A stretch of DNA of 63,662 nt, filler included, from Squatina squatina (GCA_031763465.1; 4 parts of 4 records of this genome joined end to end with filler, not necessarily neighbours in it), one strand, 5' to 3'. Counted from the first letter of the whole stretch, positions 11,875 through 24,300 are shown. A program made the numbers and translations. Notes: generated by a model from the sequence alone, not told the origin.

Positions 11875-12720
11875 TGAACTCTCTACCCAGTGTCACCTCA
11901 TTGGAGCAATCTATCTCACCATTGACAGATCGCTTCTGTCATCTCAACCTCAGCTGCCATCTATTCCATCAGCATCTGTGCCCTTGACAAAATCTCACCT
12001 TGGTCCTCGGATACCCACCACGATTAGCCCCAACACCAACATCACTAGGCACACCGGCATCACCAACAACACCAACCTTCTCCACAATCACCTGATGCTA
12101 CACAGGACACAGGACACAGGGCATCAGCACCTGACCACATTGCTCTCCGGGATGCCAGGGATGGCCTCACCATGGCCACACTTACTTCATTTGATGCTGT
12201 ATACTCTGGCTATATTGAAAGTTTTGCGCCACTGCAGCCAGGTCCTCCTGACGACATCCTTGCTTGTGTTCTCCTGTACAACGTGCAGCCAGGCTACGTT
12301 GGTGTCCTGGAGAGGTCTCTTCCATCCATTGGAGGGGAAGAGAACCTCCCTGAGTGCTGTGACCCTCTCCGTAAGCACCTGGAGGGAGTGATGGGAGACC
12401 CTCCGCATTAAGAGCCTAGGTGCAGCTGTGCTGGTTGGTGTTTGCAGCACCTCAATGTTGCGGAACACAGACAGCACTGCTGTCAAAATGTATGTGGGCA
12501 TGGTCCCTTTAAGGAAACCAGCTGACGACGCGACATCAGATGACACCATCAGACATGCTTCCTTTTAATTGTCCAGGAACCTTTCAGGGTCAGCTTAGCA
12601 AGCCTCAGCCACGCAAAACCACTTGGATAGAGCGGGCTGCAACCAGGAGCGAGGTTCCAGTACACACCTGCCTCGTCCCGATGAAAAATCGTCGTCAGTG
12701 AGTGCAGCCTTAATGCGGAG
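11875..12720 (-). mobile_element. PIF/Harbinger transposon remnant carrying a Myb/SANT-like DNA-binding ORF exon
   Basis: Minus ORF RVSHHSLQVLTERVTALREVLFPSNGWKRPLQDTNVAWLHVVQENTSKDVVRRTWLQWRKTFN fits the Harbinger Myb/SANT-like trihelix pattern (LFP...AW...RTWxQxRKxFN). It is followed by gtaagtg, a donor, near 12178-12184. Confidence 0.75.
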
Positions 12721-13543
12721 GGTGTCCCAGCTGAGCTCAGTCTTGTCCTCGCATCATGGTCACATACACATTCTGCAGACTAGGAGATCATGAGAGGGCA
12801 TGTGTCATATCTAGTAAGCTAAATACAGCAACATGGTTTTCTATTAGATCCTTAAGCAATGATAAATTACCAATATTGTGTGAATAGTATTGCACTCCAG
12901 TTTGTCGGGAGTCAAAGCTCACTATCGGGAGCAGACTTTGGTACAGAGCATGGATGAACTGTCTAATTAGAGCCTAAAAGCATAACAGCAATTCACTAGC
13001 TTGCAAATAACATGCATTTCTCCATCAGTCCCATTCTCCATTGGTTCTTTCTCTCCATTCTTGTGAAATCGGATCCTTTGTGCTTCGTCATGTATTAAAA
13101 CTGCTCCATTGACCATCTCCTTATCTACACCAAGACATATATTTATTTCCTTTCATAACTCATTTTCAATGGTTAGAGTTCAGCAATGGCTATTGGCAAG
13201 TTTTACTTGCTTATAAATTCTGACTCATCCGTTGATAAGTAACTTATAATATTGCTCATATATTGGCAGGAAACCTTTACTGATTTGGAATTGGAACATC
13301 TGCAGACCTGAGAACATAGCATTTGGCACTCCGGAAGAATTGCTCAAATCTGACAAGTGATAAGAACTGGAAATGATTAAACAGATTAAGATGTGTATTT
13401 TTAGTATTAAACTGGGAACTTATTAAGAGCTTCTCATTAAGAATTATCCGTTAAATTATTCATTTCTTTAAAAAGTTGCATGAATATTAAACTGGAGACT
13501 GATTAATGACTTGTCAAATATAATGTGTTGAGAACTGTTAAAT

Positions 13544-13575
13544 TCTGTTGAGTTGAGTTCTGTTGAGTTGAGTTC
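13544..13575. repeat. Short tandem repeat (ttctgttgagttgag)n running into a gap
   Basis: Two copies are visible before the N run. Confidence 0.7.
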
Positions 13576-13675
13576 NNNNNNNNNNNNNNNNNNNNNNNNN
13601 NNNNNNNNNNNNNNNNNNNNNNNNNNNNNNNNNNNNNNNNNNNNNNNNNNNNNNNNNNNNNNNNNNNNNNNNNNN

Positions 13676-14866
13676 GTGAATGAGACATTGAAAGAACTCT
13701 GCCACCTTTTGGAACCAGACCTGCAGCCTCAGATCAGGGCAATGATGGCACTGCCAATGGCCCACAAGGTGACTGTGGCCCTGAACTTCTTTGCAGCGGA
13801 TCCTTCCAGGCTGGAGCAGGCATCATAACTAATATATCGCAATTCACCGTCCATCGCTGCATCCAGGAGATCCCAGAGGCTCTCTATGCTAGGAGAGGGA
13901 TCTTCATTGTGAGAAGCAGGAGGAGCACACTCATGGCTTTGCCAGGATATCAGACTTCCCCTTGGTGCAGGTTGCCATCAACTGCACACATGTGGCTTTT
14001 CAGGTGCCGCATGTCAAGAGTGAGCTGTACCGCAACTGCAAAGGATACCACTCACTGAATGTGCAATTGATGTGTGACCACGCCCAGCACATCATGCTGG
14101 CGAACGCCTGCTCTCCTGGCAACAGTCATGTTGCATTCATCATGCGCCAGTCTGGTGTGCCAGCAATCTTCCAGCCACCATGTCAAACTCGAGGGTGGCT
14201 GCTCGGTGACGAGGGCTATCCACTCTACACCTGGCTGATGACTCCCCTCTGCAACCCCACCACTCGTGCCCAACATTGAAATAATGAGAGCCATGCTGCC
14301 ATGAGGAACGTCATTGAGCAGACCACCGAGGTACTGAAGCACTGGTTCTGTAGCCTTAACCACTCGGGAGGAGCTCTCCAGTGCTCACCGGAGCAGGTGT
14401 CCCAATTCGAATGGTTTGCTGCATCCCCCTCAACCTGGCCATCATAAGGGTGCACCCCTTGCCACCGCGGGTTCTGCGACCACCACAGCAAGAGGAGGAG
14501 GAGGAAGAGGACGGGGGGAGGAAGAGGAAGAGGGTGAAGTTAATGAGAAGGAAGAGACATAGGAGGATAGAGGAGACAGCCTGCACATCCATGTTCCGGA
14601 CGGGATGTTCTTGACCGCATCATCAGACTCAGGTTCCCTAGAATGAAAGCCCGGCTCCCCGTTGCTCAACACTTACCCCACCTTACCATCCTTCTGTTAT
14701 GGAACATCACAGAGTCTACTTGGCAGCTATGCTGAACTTAAAGCCAGCACTTAAACAAACATTCCAACCCAATTTATAAATCAATCAACTCAATACTACA
14801 TAACAAAGCAAAGTGATCAACCTTGTTCATTGCCTTAGTACCTGTCTTCCGTGTGTCTTTGCCTGT
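13676..14866 (+). mobile_element. PIF/Harbinger (HARBI1-like) DDE transposase pseudogene
   Basis: Peptides KVTVALNFFA, VQVAINCTHV (GAIDCTH), KGYHSLNVQLMCD, PGNSHVAFI (PGSxHD), GWLLGDEGYP, WLMTPL and RNVIEQT, plus an acidic tail. Frameshifts are present and two conserved Asp residues are mutated. Confidence 0.9.
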
Positions 14867-14910
14867 NNNNNNNNNNNNNNNNNNNNNNNNNNNNNNNNNN
14901 NNNNNNNNNN

Positions 14911-14922
14911 TTAATTAATTAA
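14911..14922. other. Artificial scaffold linker TTAATTAATTAA centred in N44-12-N44
   Basis: Palindromic six-frame stop linker inside an exactly 100-bp gap; gene content changes across it. Confidence 0.95.
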
Positions 14923-14999
14923 NNNNNNNNNNNNNNNNNNNNNNNNNNNNNNNNNNNNNNNNNNNNTGCTTTTCTTTTTTCCCTTCTTTCATTTCACAG

Positions 15000-15062
15000 A
15001 AGAGATCAAAGAAAATTGAGGGTGAAAACATTTATGTCAGGCATAGCAATTTAATGTTGGAG
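15000..15062 (+). CDS. EPB41L2: EPB41L2 (protein 4.1G) 63-nt spectrin-actin-binding cassette exon (paralog of 4.1R exon 16)
   Basis: Long pyrimidine tract, cacag|AAG...GAG|gtttgt; KRSKKIEGENIYVRHSNLMLE, 21 aa, phase 0-0. Confidence 0.92.
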
Positions 15063-15144
15063 GTTTGTATAAAATCTAAGTACTTAGATGGGCTGATGTT
15101 TTGCGCTGGATGACCTTTCACTGGCAGGCTGTTGCCGTGGATTT

Positions 15145-15250
15145 TGCATGCAATGCCTGGGAATGGAAATCATTTGTATGCATGCTATACCTCCCGAAGG
15201 TTGTATTTCTCATTCTGTGCTGTAATGGACTAGCTTGGGATATTAGCATG
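15145..15250 (+). promoter_or_regulatory. Cluster of RBFOX-type intronic splicing enhancers
   Basis: TGCATG at 15145-15150 and 15179-15184, and AGCATG at 15245-15250, all within 190 nt downstream of the 63-nt exon. Confidence 0.7.
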
Positions 15251-15972
15251 CAGTGATGACTATAAACTGAGTTGCAGGTAGAAACAAAAGTATTTTACTG
15301 CAGTTACATCAAGATGAATGAGCACATTTACTAACCTGGATTACTGCAGACTAGTAACCAGACTAATTGACTGTTTTTATATAAGTTTGTGGTTTTACCA
15401 AATAATATGTATAACATATACTAAAATCAAACACGCCATTCCAGCTTTCATACTAAATGTGCAATTACATATGCCTTGTCTCACTGAATATCTCACTTTA
15501 GATCTTAAAAGGATTGGTTATTTACATTTGATTTTGTTTTATAAAACTTACACCACCTGTGTTCTTAACATGGTTTCTAAAATTTACAGCAAGTACAAGA
15601 AGTCTATTTCAGTCAATCATGATTGTCCTGTATCTGACACAAATACACCTGAAATGGACTCCATTTCAGTACAAATTAATATTAAATGTTCCGAGCCACT
15701 AATATAATTGTTACTGTCTAAATTGTACTATTGGAAGACTGGCATCAGTAGGCTAGGAATGTCTGGTGTTGATGCTGGGTTTATGCAAGTAAATTCTAAA
15801 CTATTGAATTAAGGGCTACAAAAAAACAAGCCAGTAGGCTACTTTCTTAAATCAATAAAAGACTAATTTTCAGTGAGCCTAGGTGTTCCTTCCTGTGTGT
15901 TGCTCACTTTTTGACTAATTTAGTTTTGATTTGTTGTGTCTCATTCTTATTGTGTACATGTGTGGAAATTAG

Positions 15973-16119
15973 GACTTTGATAAGACCCAGGAGGATCTAT
16001 TGAAACATCAAGCTAGCATTAGCGAGCTAAAACGCAGTTTCATGGAATCCACACTGGAACCACGTCCAAATGAATGGGAAAATCGGTTGACCAAACCCTT
16101 ATCACTGCAAACAGAAGGG
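15973..16119 (+). CDS. EPB41L2: EPB41L2 SAB-domain exon, 147 bp
   Basis: ttag|GAC...GGG|gtatgt; DFDKTQEDLLKHQASISELKRSFMESTLEPRPNEWENRLTKPLSLQTEG. Closest to recalled 4.1G (KHQASISELKRNFMESTPEPRPNEWEKR..TPLSLQTQG), and linked to TMEM200A as in human. Confidence 0.92.
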
Positions 16120-16274
16120 GTATGTGTCAGTAGCAGAATTTCAGGATTTAATTGAAGGCTTGATCCAACTTGAAGGATGTTTGTGTTTGCATAACTTGTA
16201 ATGCTTTCATACATAGAAAGTGTAAACTAATAAATTATTTGCAATACTAATTTCTCCAGGTCAATTAGTTTCTC

Positions 16275-16476
16275 AATCCTCGCTTGGCCGCCTCTCATCA
16301 GCTGCTGCTTCTTGCGGTTGTAAGCCACCTTTGCTTGCAAGAGAAAGGGAAGTGTATGAGCGAGTATGGTTCAATGTGTGTGGGTGATGTGCCTACCATG
16401 GTTGAATAACTGGCAGCCTGTGCAAGGTGTGAAATATGGGTATGAGTATTGCAGCAATGGTACGCTTGTGAGGGTG
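16275..16476 (-). mobile_element. Harbinger Myb/SANT-like ORF intron/exon-2 remnant
   Basis: Minus strand: pyrimidine tract, then gcaaaggtggcttacaaccgcaagaagcagcagctgatgagaggcggccaagcg (AKVAYNRKKQQLMRGGQA), resembling the ..TGGG.. motif that follows Harbinger trihelix domains. Confidence 0.5.
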
Positions 16477-17075
16477 AACATAAGAACATAAGAAATAGGA
16501 GCAGGAGTAGGCCATTCGGCCCCTCGAGCCTGCTCCGCCATTCAATGGCATCATGGCTGATCTGATTTTGGCCTCAATTCCACTTTCCTACCTGTTCCCA
16601 TAACCCTTCACTCCCCTGTATTTAAAACACCTGTCTGTCTCAGCCTTGAATATATTCAATGACTCAGCCTCCACAGCTCTCTGGGGTAAAGAATTCCAAA
16701 GACTCACAACCCTCTGAGAGAAGAAATTCTTCCTCATCTCAGTCTTAAAAGGGTGACCCCTTATTCTAAGACTGTGCCTCCTAGTTCTAGACTCCCCCAT
16801 GAGGGGAAACATCCTCTCAGCGTTTACCCTGTCAAGCCTCCTCAGCATCTTGGATGTTTCAATGAGATCGCCTCTCATTCTTCTAAACTCCAATAAGTAT
16901 AGGCCCAACCTGCTCAACTTTCCCTCATAAGACAATCCCTCCATACCCGGGATCAACCTGGTGAACCTTCTCTGAACTGCCTCCAATGCCAGTATATCCT
17001 TTCTTAGATAAGGGGACCAAAACTGTACGCAGTACTCCAGGTGTGGCAAGGCCTCCATACTTATACAGTCCATCC
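16477..17075 (-). mobile_element. CR1 LINE 3' end, well preserved
   Basis: Open PHLEYCVQFWSPYLRKDILALEAVQRRFTRLIPGM...FFSQRVVSLWNSLP, followed by a complete 3' UTR with (cttatgtt) tail repeats. Confidence 0.93.
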
Positions 17076-17085
17076 CCCTTGAAAT

Positions 17086-17175
17086 AAACATAGAAACGTA
17101 GAAAATAGGAGCAGGAGTAGGCCATTCGGCCCTTCGAGCCTGCTCCACCATTCAATATGATCATGGCTGATCATC
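17086..17175 (-). mobile_element. Second CR1 LINE 3' tail
   Basis: Near-identical to 16485-16562. Confidence 0.88.
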
Positions 17176-18716
17176 NNNNNNNNNNNNNNNNNNNNNNNNN
17201 NNNNNNNNNNNNNNNNNNNNNNNNNNNNNNNNNNNNNNNNNNNNNNNNNNNNNNNNNNNNNNNNNNNNNNNNNNNNNNNNNNNNNNNNNNNNNNNNNNNN
17301 NNNNNNNNNNNNNNNNNNNNNNNNNNNNNNNNNNNNNNNNNNNNNNNNNNNNNNNNNNNNNNNNNNNNNNNNNNNNNNNNNNNNNNNNNNNNNNNNNNNN
17401 NNNNNNNNNNNNNNNNNNNNNNNNNNNNNNNNNNNNNNNNNNNNNNNNNNNNNNNNNNNNNNNNNNNNNNNNNNNNNNNNNNNNNNNNNNNNNNNNNNNN
17501 NNNNNNNNNNNNNNNNNNNNNNNNNNNNNNNNNNNNNNNNNNNNNNNNNNNNNNNNNNNNNNNNNNNNNNNNNNNNNNNNNNNNNNNNNNNNNNNNNNNN
17601 NNNNNNNNNNNNNNNNNNNNNNNNNNNNNNNNNNNNNNNNNNNNNNNNNNNNNNNNNNNNNNNNNNNNNNNNNNNNNNNNNNNNNNNNNNNNNNNNNNNN
17701 NNNNNNNNNNNNNNNNNNNNNNNNNNNNNNNNNNNNNNNNNNNNNNNNNNNNNNNNNNNNNNNNNNNNNNNNNNNNNNNNNNNNNNNNNNNNNNNNNNNN
17801 NNNNNNNNNNNNNNNNNNNNNNNNNNNNNNNNNNNNNNNNNNNNNNNNNNNNNNNNNNNNNNNNNNNNNNNNNNNNNNNNNNNNNNNNNNNNNNNNNNNN
17901 NNNNNNNTATTGGAAGTTGGAAATGACCTGAATGACCTCCGTTACTGGGTCTGGGGTTATAGTTGGACACTGAGCACGGAAAAACAATTTCACCTTATTT
18001 CTTTGATGGTAGAAAATAAACCTGCCTTCATTGCATCAATACTGCACTGACAGTCTGAAGAAATGTTTATGACAATGTAGTCAATTCGATGTGAATGGTT
18101 TATAGTTACAATACATCTAAAACGCTACTGGTTTGTTACGTAACATATTGCTTTGCAGTTGATACAGGTTCTTGATTCACCGCTTGTGGTGGAAGGTTCC
18201 CTCTGGGTGTTATGTATTTGCAGCATCATAACCATAACAGGAATATTCCTTCTGATAGTTACTTGTATAAAATTATAAATCTGTTCTTTTATAAAATCGC
18301 TTGGAATCTGGACAATGGGAACACTGACATTAAGTGAAGTAAACTGAAGATGTTATATTTCATGTTGTATGGACATGGAGTTAAATAACAATTCTCTATA
18401 AGGCATTTAACTGCAGAATACCATTTTCACTTGATATGTGCATTTATAATTCTGAAATTCTATTATGTAGGTTTAGTAGTGCTATTTTGAAAAAATTGTT
18501 GAGATATAATAGGTATATTGCCTTAAAGCTGATCACTGCGTGTGGGTTTTAAGAGATGCTATGTGTTTGTGCTGTAAAAGACCTGATTGTCGTGGCATGC
18601 TTTGTTACTTACAGGCAGAAATATATGGATATGTGATATGGTGTGACTTCTGTCTTTTGTTTCTTCTGTAAGACTTATCTTTGTTAATCTTTATTCTCAA
18701 TTTTCTAACTGCGTAG

Positions 18717-18884
18717 AGCTTAGAAGAGGAGATAACATCGCTTTTACTTAGTAAAGAGAGCTTCTCAACAGGCTTGGCGGCCTCCTTCTCATCTGCTATT
18801 TCTCAGGCATCAGAGAGTGCTGGGTTGAAAGAAAAAGCTGCTGCTGAATCTGTTTCTCTCATATACTCCAAGCAGTTGTCTGAG
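18717..18884 (+). CDS. EPB41L2: Probable EPB41L2 alternative cassette exon, 168 bp, downstream of the SAB domain
   Basis: ctaac branch and tgcgtag|AGC...GAG|gtgctt; stop-free, phase 0-0: SLEEEITSLLLSKESFSTGLAASFSSAISQASESAGLKEKAAAESVSLIYSKQLSE. Same strand and phase as the preceding exon. Confidence 0.7.
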
Positions 18885-19187
18885 GTGCTTTTAGAATGGA
18901 ATTTATGATCCGTAGTTATAAAAGTCACAGAACTGTCTCACATGCTGCTCTGATTTTTCTGTTTTGTCCTGTTCTTTATTTGTATGTCTTCTCGTGGTTT
19001 TAAGCATTTTTTTTTAAATTGCTCGTCTTTCATGTTTTCTGTAGCTGTATAATAATCTCATAATTTTGTATTATATATATTTGGGAACTGCTTTGTTGCA
19101 GCAATTTCATATGTCTTAGTTGACTTTTTTCATCAATTAGTGGTAAAGAATATTCATTGCATGTTGTGGCTGCTTACTCTTCTCCAG

Positions 19188-19241
19188 GATCTTGCTTCAA
19201 GAACAGAAGGGCTTCCAGCAGGAGCCAGAGATGTTGCCAAG
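19188..19241 (+). CDS. EPB41L2: Probable EPB41L2 small cassette exon, 54 bp
   Basis: ctcttctccag|GAT...AAG|gtggtc; DLASRTEGLPAGARDVAK, phase 0-0. TGCATG lies at 19158-19163 just upstream. Confidence 0.55.
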
Positions 19242-20682
19242 GTGGTCTTTATTAGATAATTCCACCAGAGCATAGCCACTGTGACATCATTCATTTATTG
19301 TTTTGTTTTCAGTGATCATCCTTTTAGGTTTGCATAGTTCCANNNNNNNNNNNNNNNNNNNNNNNNNNNNNNNNNNNNNNNNNNNNNNNNNNNNNNNNNN
19401 NNNNNNNNNNNNNNNNNNNNNNNNNNNNNNNNNNNNNNNNNNAAATTCTCATCACTGCTGAATTTCACACTGCATTCCACCACATCTCAGGTTATTTCTG
19501 TGGCAGAGTATAAAGATTAACATTGGCTCCCAGTTGTGGGAATATCTGGTGAGAACAGGATCATGTTGAACTGTGCTGCCCCTTCATGACTGTACAGGCT
19601 CGCTGCCTACGCTCGCACATGAAGAATGGCACCCATGCAGTATACCTCGACATGAGTCAGTGCATTCAAGAGAAAGTGGAGGGCAAAAAAAAAATAGACA
19701 AGTACAGTTTCACTGAACATTCTGTGAAGTATTTCTTGAGTTTTGTAAGCTATTTTAGATGCTATTAGCTAACCTTCTGTATTCTTTACTTTCAGAAATG
19801 AATATTGCCTGAAACTAAATGAAGGATCTTGACCATTAGTGACCACTGCCATGAATAATAGAGAAAAATTGCCTCTGAGAATTGGCAAATGACATCCTAT
19901 GTAGCAGTCGCACATAGTGTGAATATTTGAAGATGTCAGAGGCCTGCAGAAATGCATCATTGGAGTTAGTTATTTAAAATCATTAGCCTGTAATTTGACC
20001 ATTCACTCTTTACTAATGTGATGGCTTAGTAACCTACCACTTCTATAAACCACAATTTATATAATTTAATAACCACAAGCAAATATTACAAAAAAGGCTA
20101 AAAGTAGGATTCCCTTTAGACAAGAGTTTTGTACAGAATATTGTGACTAATTTAGATACAGTGGCTCACTTTCAAAACCTGAATAAGTATGTGTAAACTT
20201 GTTGTAGAAACATTTTTTTTAGCGTGATCAAGTAGTTACCAAATACTGTGGAAAAGAGAAACATGAAGAGACTTTGGTCAGACTTTTCCAGTGTCACTTC
20301 AAGTCTTTAACATGTCAGTTTAAAGGAATTAAGTCTGTTTATAAAAAAAAAAATCTCCTGGCCCACCTATTAATGCAAAAAAATTGAAGGGGATCTAACG
20401 CTAAGCAAGCATCATTCCAATAAAAAATTGCACTGTAGTGCATTTACTATATAATATTTTCTTAAGTCATCCATGGAACTGGGAGATCCATATTGGAAAG
20501 GGGTACTTTTCTATTTACTTACCAGTTCTAGAACATAACTTTGTAGGCAGCTTAAAATTAATACTTTAAATCATATTTCCTANNNNNNNNNNNNNNNNNN
20601 NNNNNNNNNNNNNNNNNNNNNNNNNNNNNNNNNNNNNNNNNNNNNNNNNNNNNNNNNNNNNNNNNNNNNNNNNNNNNNNNNN

Positions 20683-20925
20683 ACCACTCTCTGGGTGAAG
20701 AAATTTCCCCTCATCTCAGTCCTAAATGGCTTACCCCTTATCTTAGACTGTGACCCCTGGTTCTCGACTCACCCGCCACCAGGAACATCCTTCCGGTGTC
20801 AAGTCTGTCCAGTCCTGCCAGAATTTTATAGGTTTCAATGAGATCCCCTCTCATTCTTCTGAACTCTAGCAAATACAATCCTAATCGACCCAATCTCTCT
20901 CCATACATCAGTCCTGCCATCCCAA
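20683..20925 (-). mobile_element. CR1 LINE ORF2 3' fragment
   Basis: GMAGLMYGERLGRLGLYLLEFRRMRGDLIETYKIL...TRGHSLR. Confidence 0.88.
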
Positions 20926-23419
20926 ACACATCTTTGACTGCAGATATTTTAAGAAGTGGCAATTTTTGAACATTACCTTTTAAAAAGACACTATTGTGAA
21001 ATAAACTACTCACATAAGTGTCTGAATTATAGTAAAGTTCATAGCTTCCCAGCCTCAAATGTTAATGATTGAACAATCTGTTTCTTTTAGGATTTTGATT
21101 GTCGTGATTATGTATAAAATTTATCCTTCACAGCAACCTCATTTATAGAACTATTTTTATACTTAAATATTAGTTCTGATACTAGAATTATAAGGTTAAG
21201 AACATGCATTTTTCTCATTTGATATTTTCTTGTGTACAGTAAATGAAACGTGGACCAACCCTGTATTTCTTTCACTTGCTTTCAATAAACATACCTTCCA
21301 TTAGTTCCAATCTGAGGTAAGCAATTATCAGCAACAATAACACAACAACTGGGATGAATATTCCAAATAAAAGAAACCATGGTGGGAGAGCTTGAAACAC
21401 TTCCGCGATTGCTGAAAATCTGTACACCATGATACAGTCTTTAGGTTTCAGTTGCAGTCAGTCACTGCATCTCTTCTGCTTTAATCAGATACCAAAGTTC
21501 ACTGTTTGGACTATCTGGACTTTGGTCTGTTTGAGTAAGTTTGTGATTTCTAAACTTATGCCCTGAGATAGACCTCGATGATTACATCAACTGGGCTATA
21601 TATTTTTTTGTCTTCCCAATTCATGNNNNNNNNNNNNNNNNNNNNNNNNNNNNNNNNNNNNNNNNNNNNNNNNNNNNNNNNNNNNNNNNNNNNNNNNNNN
21701 NNNNNNNNNNNNNNNNNNNNNNNNNCCTTCCTGAAGGGATTACAACCCCACTCTGTAACGCACACTCTCTGCTAACAGCTACAGTAGTCAGATCTCTTTA
21801 AACTGAATCCTGTCAGAAGGAAGTACATTGTTCCCTGGAACCCTGAAATGTTCACATATTTCAACTAATTGCTCATACTAAGCTAATGTGAACATGAATG
21901 ATTTTATTTCCTTTGCTTTTATTAGTTTCTTTGATTTTCCATTTTACTTTAAAGCTCATTAGCAGATGCTTTTTATGTGCTGTTCAGTGTCATTATTTGC
22001 AGTAATTCTCGATGTGCTTTTTTATATTACACTCATTAAAAGATCCTTCTTTTGTAATCTGTGGCCCTGTTTTGTGGACATAGGAATTCTAAATCTCGTG
22101 GTACTGTCTATGACTGTCTATGAAACAATGAAAAATGTTACACCATTTTTCCACCATTTAAATACTAGAAAAAAGAGAAAAGTTTAATTTAAATTGTACC
22201 TTATAGCAGAGAATAATATAAAAGCACAACACGCAGATGGTGAAATAAAGTTTCATGTAATGAGGCTAGCTATCAGCTGGGATGTGTTAATTGGACTGGC
22301 ATGTCTTTATACTGTTTCTCAAAAGCATTGAAAATTGATTTGATGTTCTGAGATGATAAATACACAAAGCAACACTGGGGTCGCTTTTTAGCCTTGTACT
22401 TTCAGACTACACTTATCTCTTCAGATTAGGTGGAGCTGTGTAGCCCCTTAGACGAGCAGACAGGGAAAGGTTTGTGGTATAAAGGGTCCGAAGAGGAGGG
22501 AAAATAATAAAATAACAGTTGACTATAAAAGCTGCAGTAGACAGAGCACAGTTTGCAGTATTTGGGAAGAAGGCACTTTTTGCACATTATATGGAGTAAT
22601 ATAGTTTAAAAAAACAGACATCCCACCCAGCACAGTGCTGCTGGTCTAATGATGTTCTTATCGATCACTCCTAAAAGCTTGTCACTCATCACAAATAAAG
22701 CATGAAAGATAGCAGCGCCCATAAATGACTGTGTTCCATCACACTGTCACATTGATTACAAGGGCAATTTACCAAGATCTCACAATATATAGTTTTGAAA
22801 AATAAAGCAAGACAATAATCAAAACGATTTTGATCATAGCCAATCATTTTAACTAAAGGTCATGTAAGATTCATTAAGCTCACTCCTCATGTGACTTCTC
22901 TTCCACTATTTAATTCTTCCTGTCTCCTTTCTCGATTTCTTTTGCACTATTTCTATCTTTCTTTTTCTGTATTTCTTTCATTGTTGGCTGTGTATCCCTA
23001 TTTGTCTTCCAATATTTGTAATTCCCTTTCTGCCTTATCCTGCCTCTCCTCTCTTCTGTACATCTCCCACTCACTCTATATGCTTGCCACACATGTTCCC
23101 TCATTGAATTACTCAAGTTGTGACTTTTATCTGTTATAAAACCCACAATATGACAGAAAGCATGTATTGGGCTAAAGGTGGGCACCTGTAATAAGTAGAG
23201 AGAGATAGGGGCTAGAATTAGGGGATTGAGCTTTGGGCTAGGAGGGAGCATGGGACAGGAATCTGAGAGGGGTTGTGGAATCATGAGAGCTGTCGGGGGG
23301 AGGGACGCTGGGATAGGACAGACTAGTCTGAACGTCAAGCTAAGAGCACAGAGTTTGGTCACGGGTGAACCAGATCTGATAATGTGTTAACAGTCATGTG
23401 ATTACCACAGACCTATGAA

Positions 23420-23800
23420 GTGTCACTTGGTAGCACTCTCACCTCTGTGTCAGATGGTTGTGGGTTTAAGTCCTACTCCAGGACTTGAGCACTTAATCTT
23501 GGCTGTACTGAGGAAGTGCTGCATAGTTGGAGATTCTGTTATATGGATGAGACATTAATGGGAAGCCCCACCTGCCTGTCATGGTGAATATGAAAGACCC
23601 CATGGCACTTTTTGAAGAAACAACCAACAACACTAAAAATAAATCCCAGATTAACTATTAGTTCATCTGATGCTGTCTGTGTGTAAAGCTGTTGCTGTGT
23701 TTTCCTACGTGACAACAGTCAGTGCATTATCAGAGTAATTCACTGTATGTGAGGAACTTCAAGAGAGATGTGATAAGGTACCATATAAATGCAGATGTTT
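23420..23800 (+). mobile_element. tRNA-derived SINE, degraded
   Basis: Head ggtagcactctcacctctgtgtcagatggttgtgggtttaagtcctactcca (B-box-like) and tail catataaatgcag. A related copy lies on the - strand at 55775-56050. Confidence 0.65.
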
Positions 23801-23894
23801 CTTTCAACTTGAGTGTAGCCACCTCAGTGCCCATCCCTGAATTTTTTAAGCTGAATCTGACGTTTTGTTTGACCTCACATTCTAGTCATCATCA

Positions 23895-24300
23895 AAGTTG
23901 ACTGTTTCCACCTCTGCAACATTGCCTGTCTCCACTCATGCCTCACACATTCCCACTGCCACTCAAAACCTTATCTACATCTTGGTCACCTCTAGACTTG
24001 ATTACTTGAATACCCTCCTCACTGGATTCCTAGGTTCAACCCTTCCTAGACTACTTCTGCATCCTTGCCTGCTGTCTTGTCACCCTATCCTTGTCAACTT
24101 TCATTGGTTTCCCCATCCTTCAAAATTCAAAATCCTTGTCCTCATCTACAAGTTTGTCCATGGTCTCGCCCCTCCCTAACTCTGCAACCTCCTCCAGCAC
24201 TACAAATCGGTTTGTGCCCTCTGTCCTTCTGACTCTATTGCATCCTCTTCTCTCTGCTCCATTTTGATCACAGAGCCTTTAGCTGCTTTGTCCCTGTCAT
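23895..24300 (+). mobile_element. L2-clade LINE 3' fragment
   Basis: LIYILVTSRLDYLNTLLTG...HWFP...KFKILVLIYKFVHGLAPP, the L2 ORF2 C-terminal motifs (SRLDYCN, LHWLP, FKIL, HGLAP). Confidence 0.8.

Noticed and set aside
17061-18050. Long ORFs in the supplied track that span N runs (also 34653-35774, 38781-39829, 44039-45000)
   Set aside because: They are open only because N codons cannot be stops; the flanks have no coding signal in those frames.
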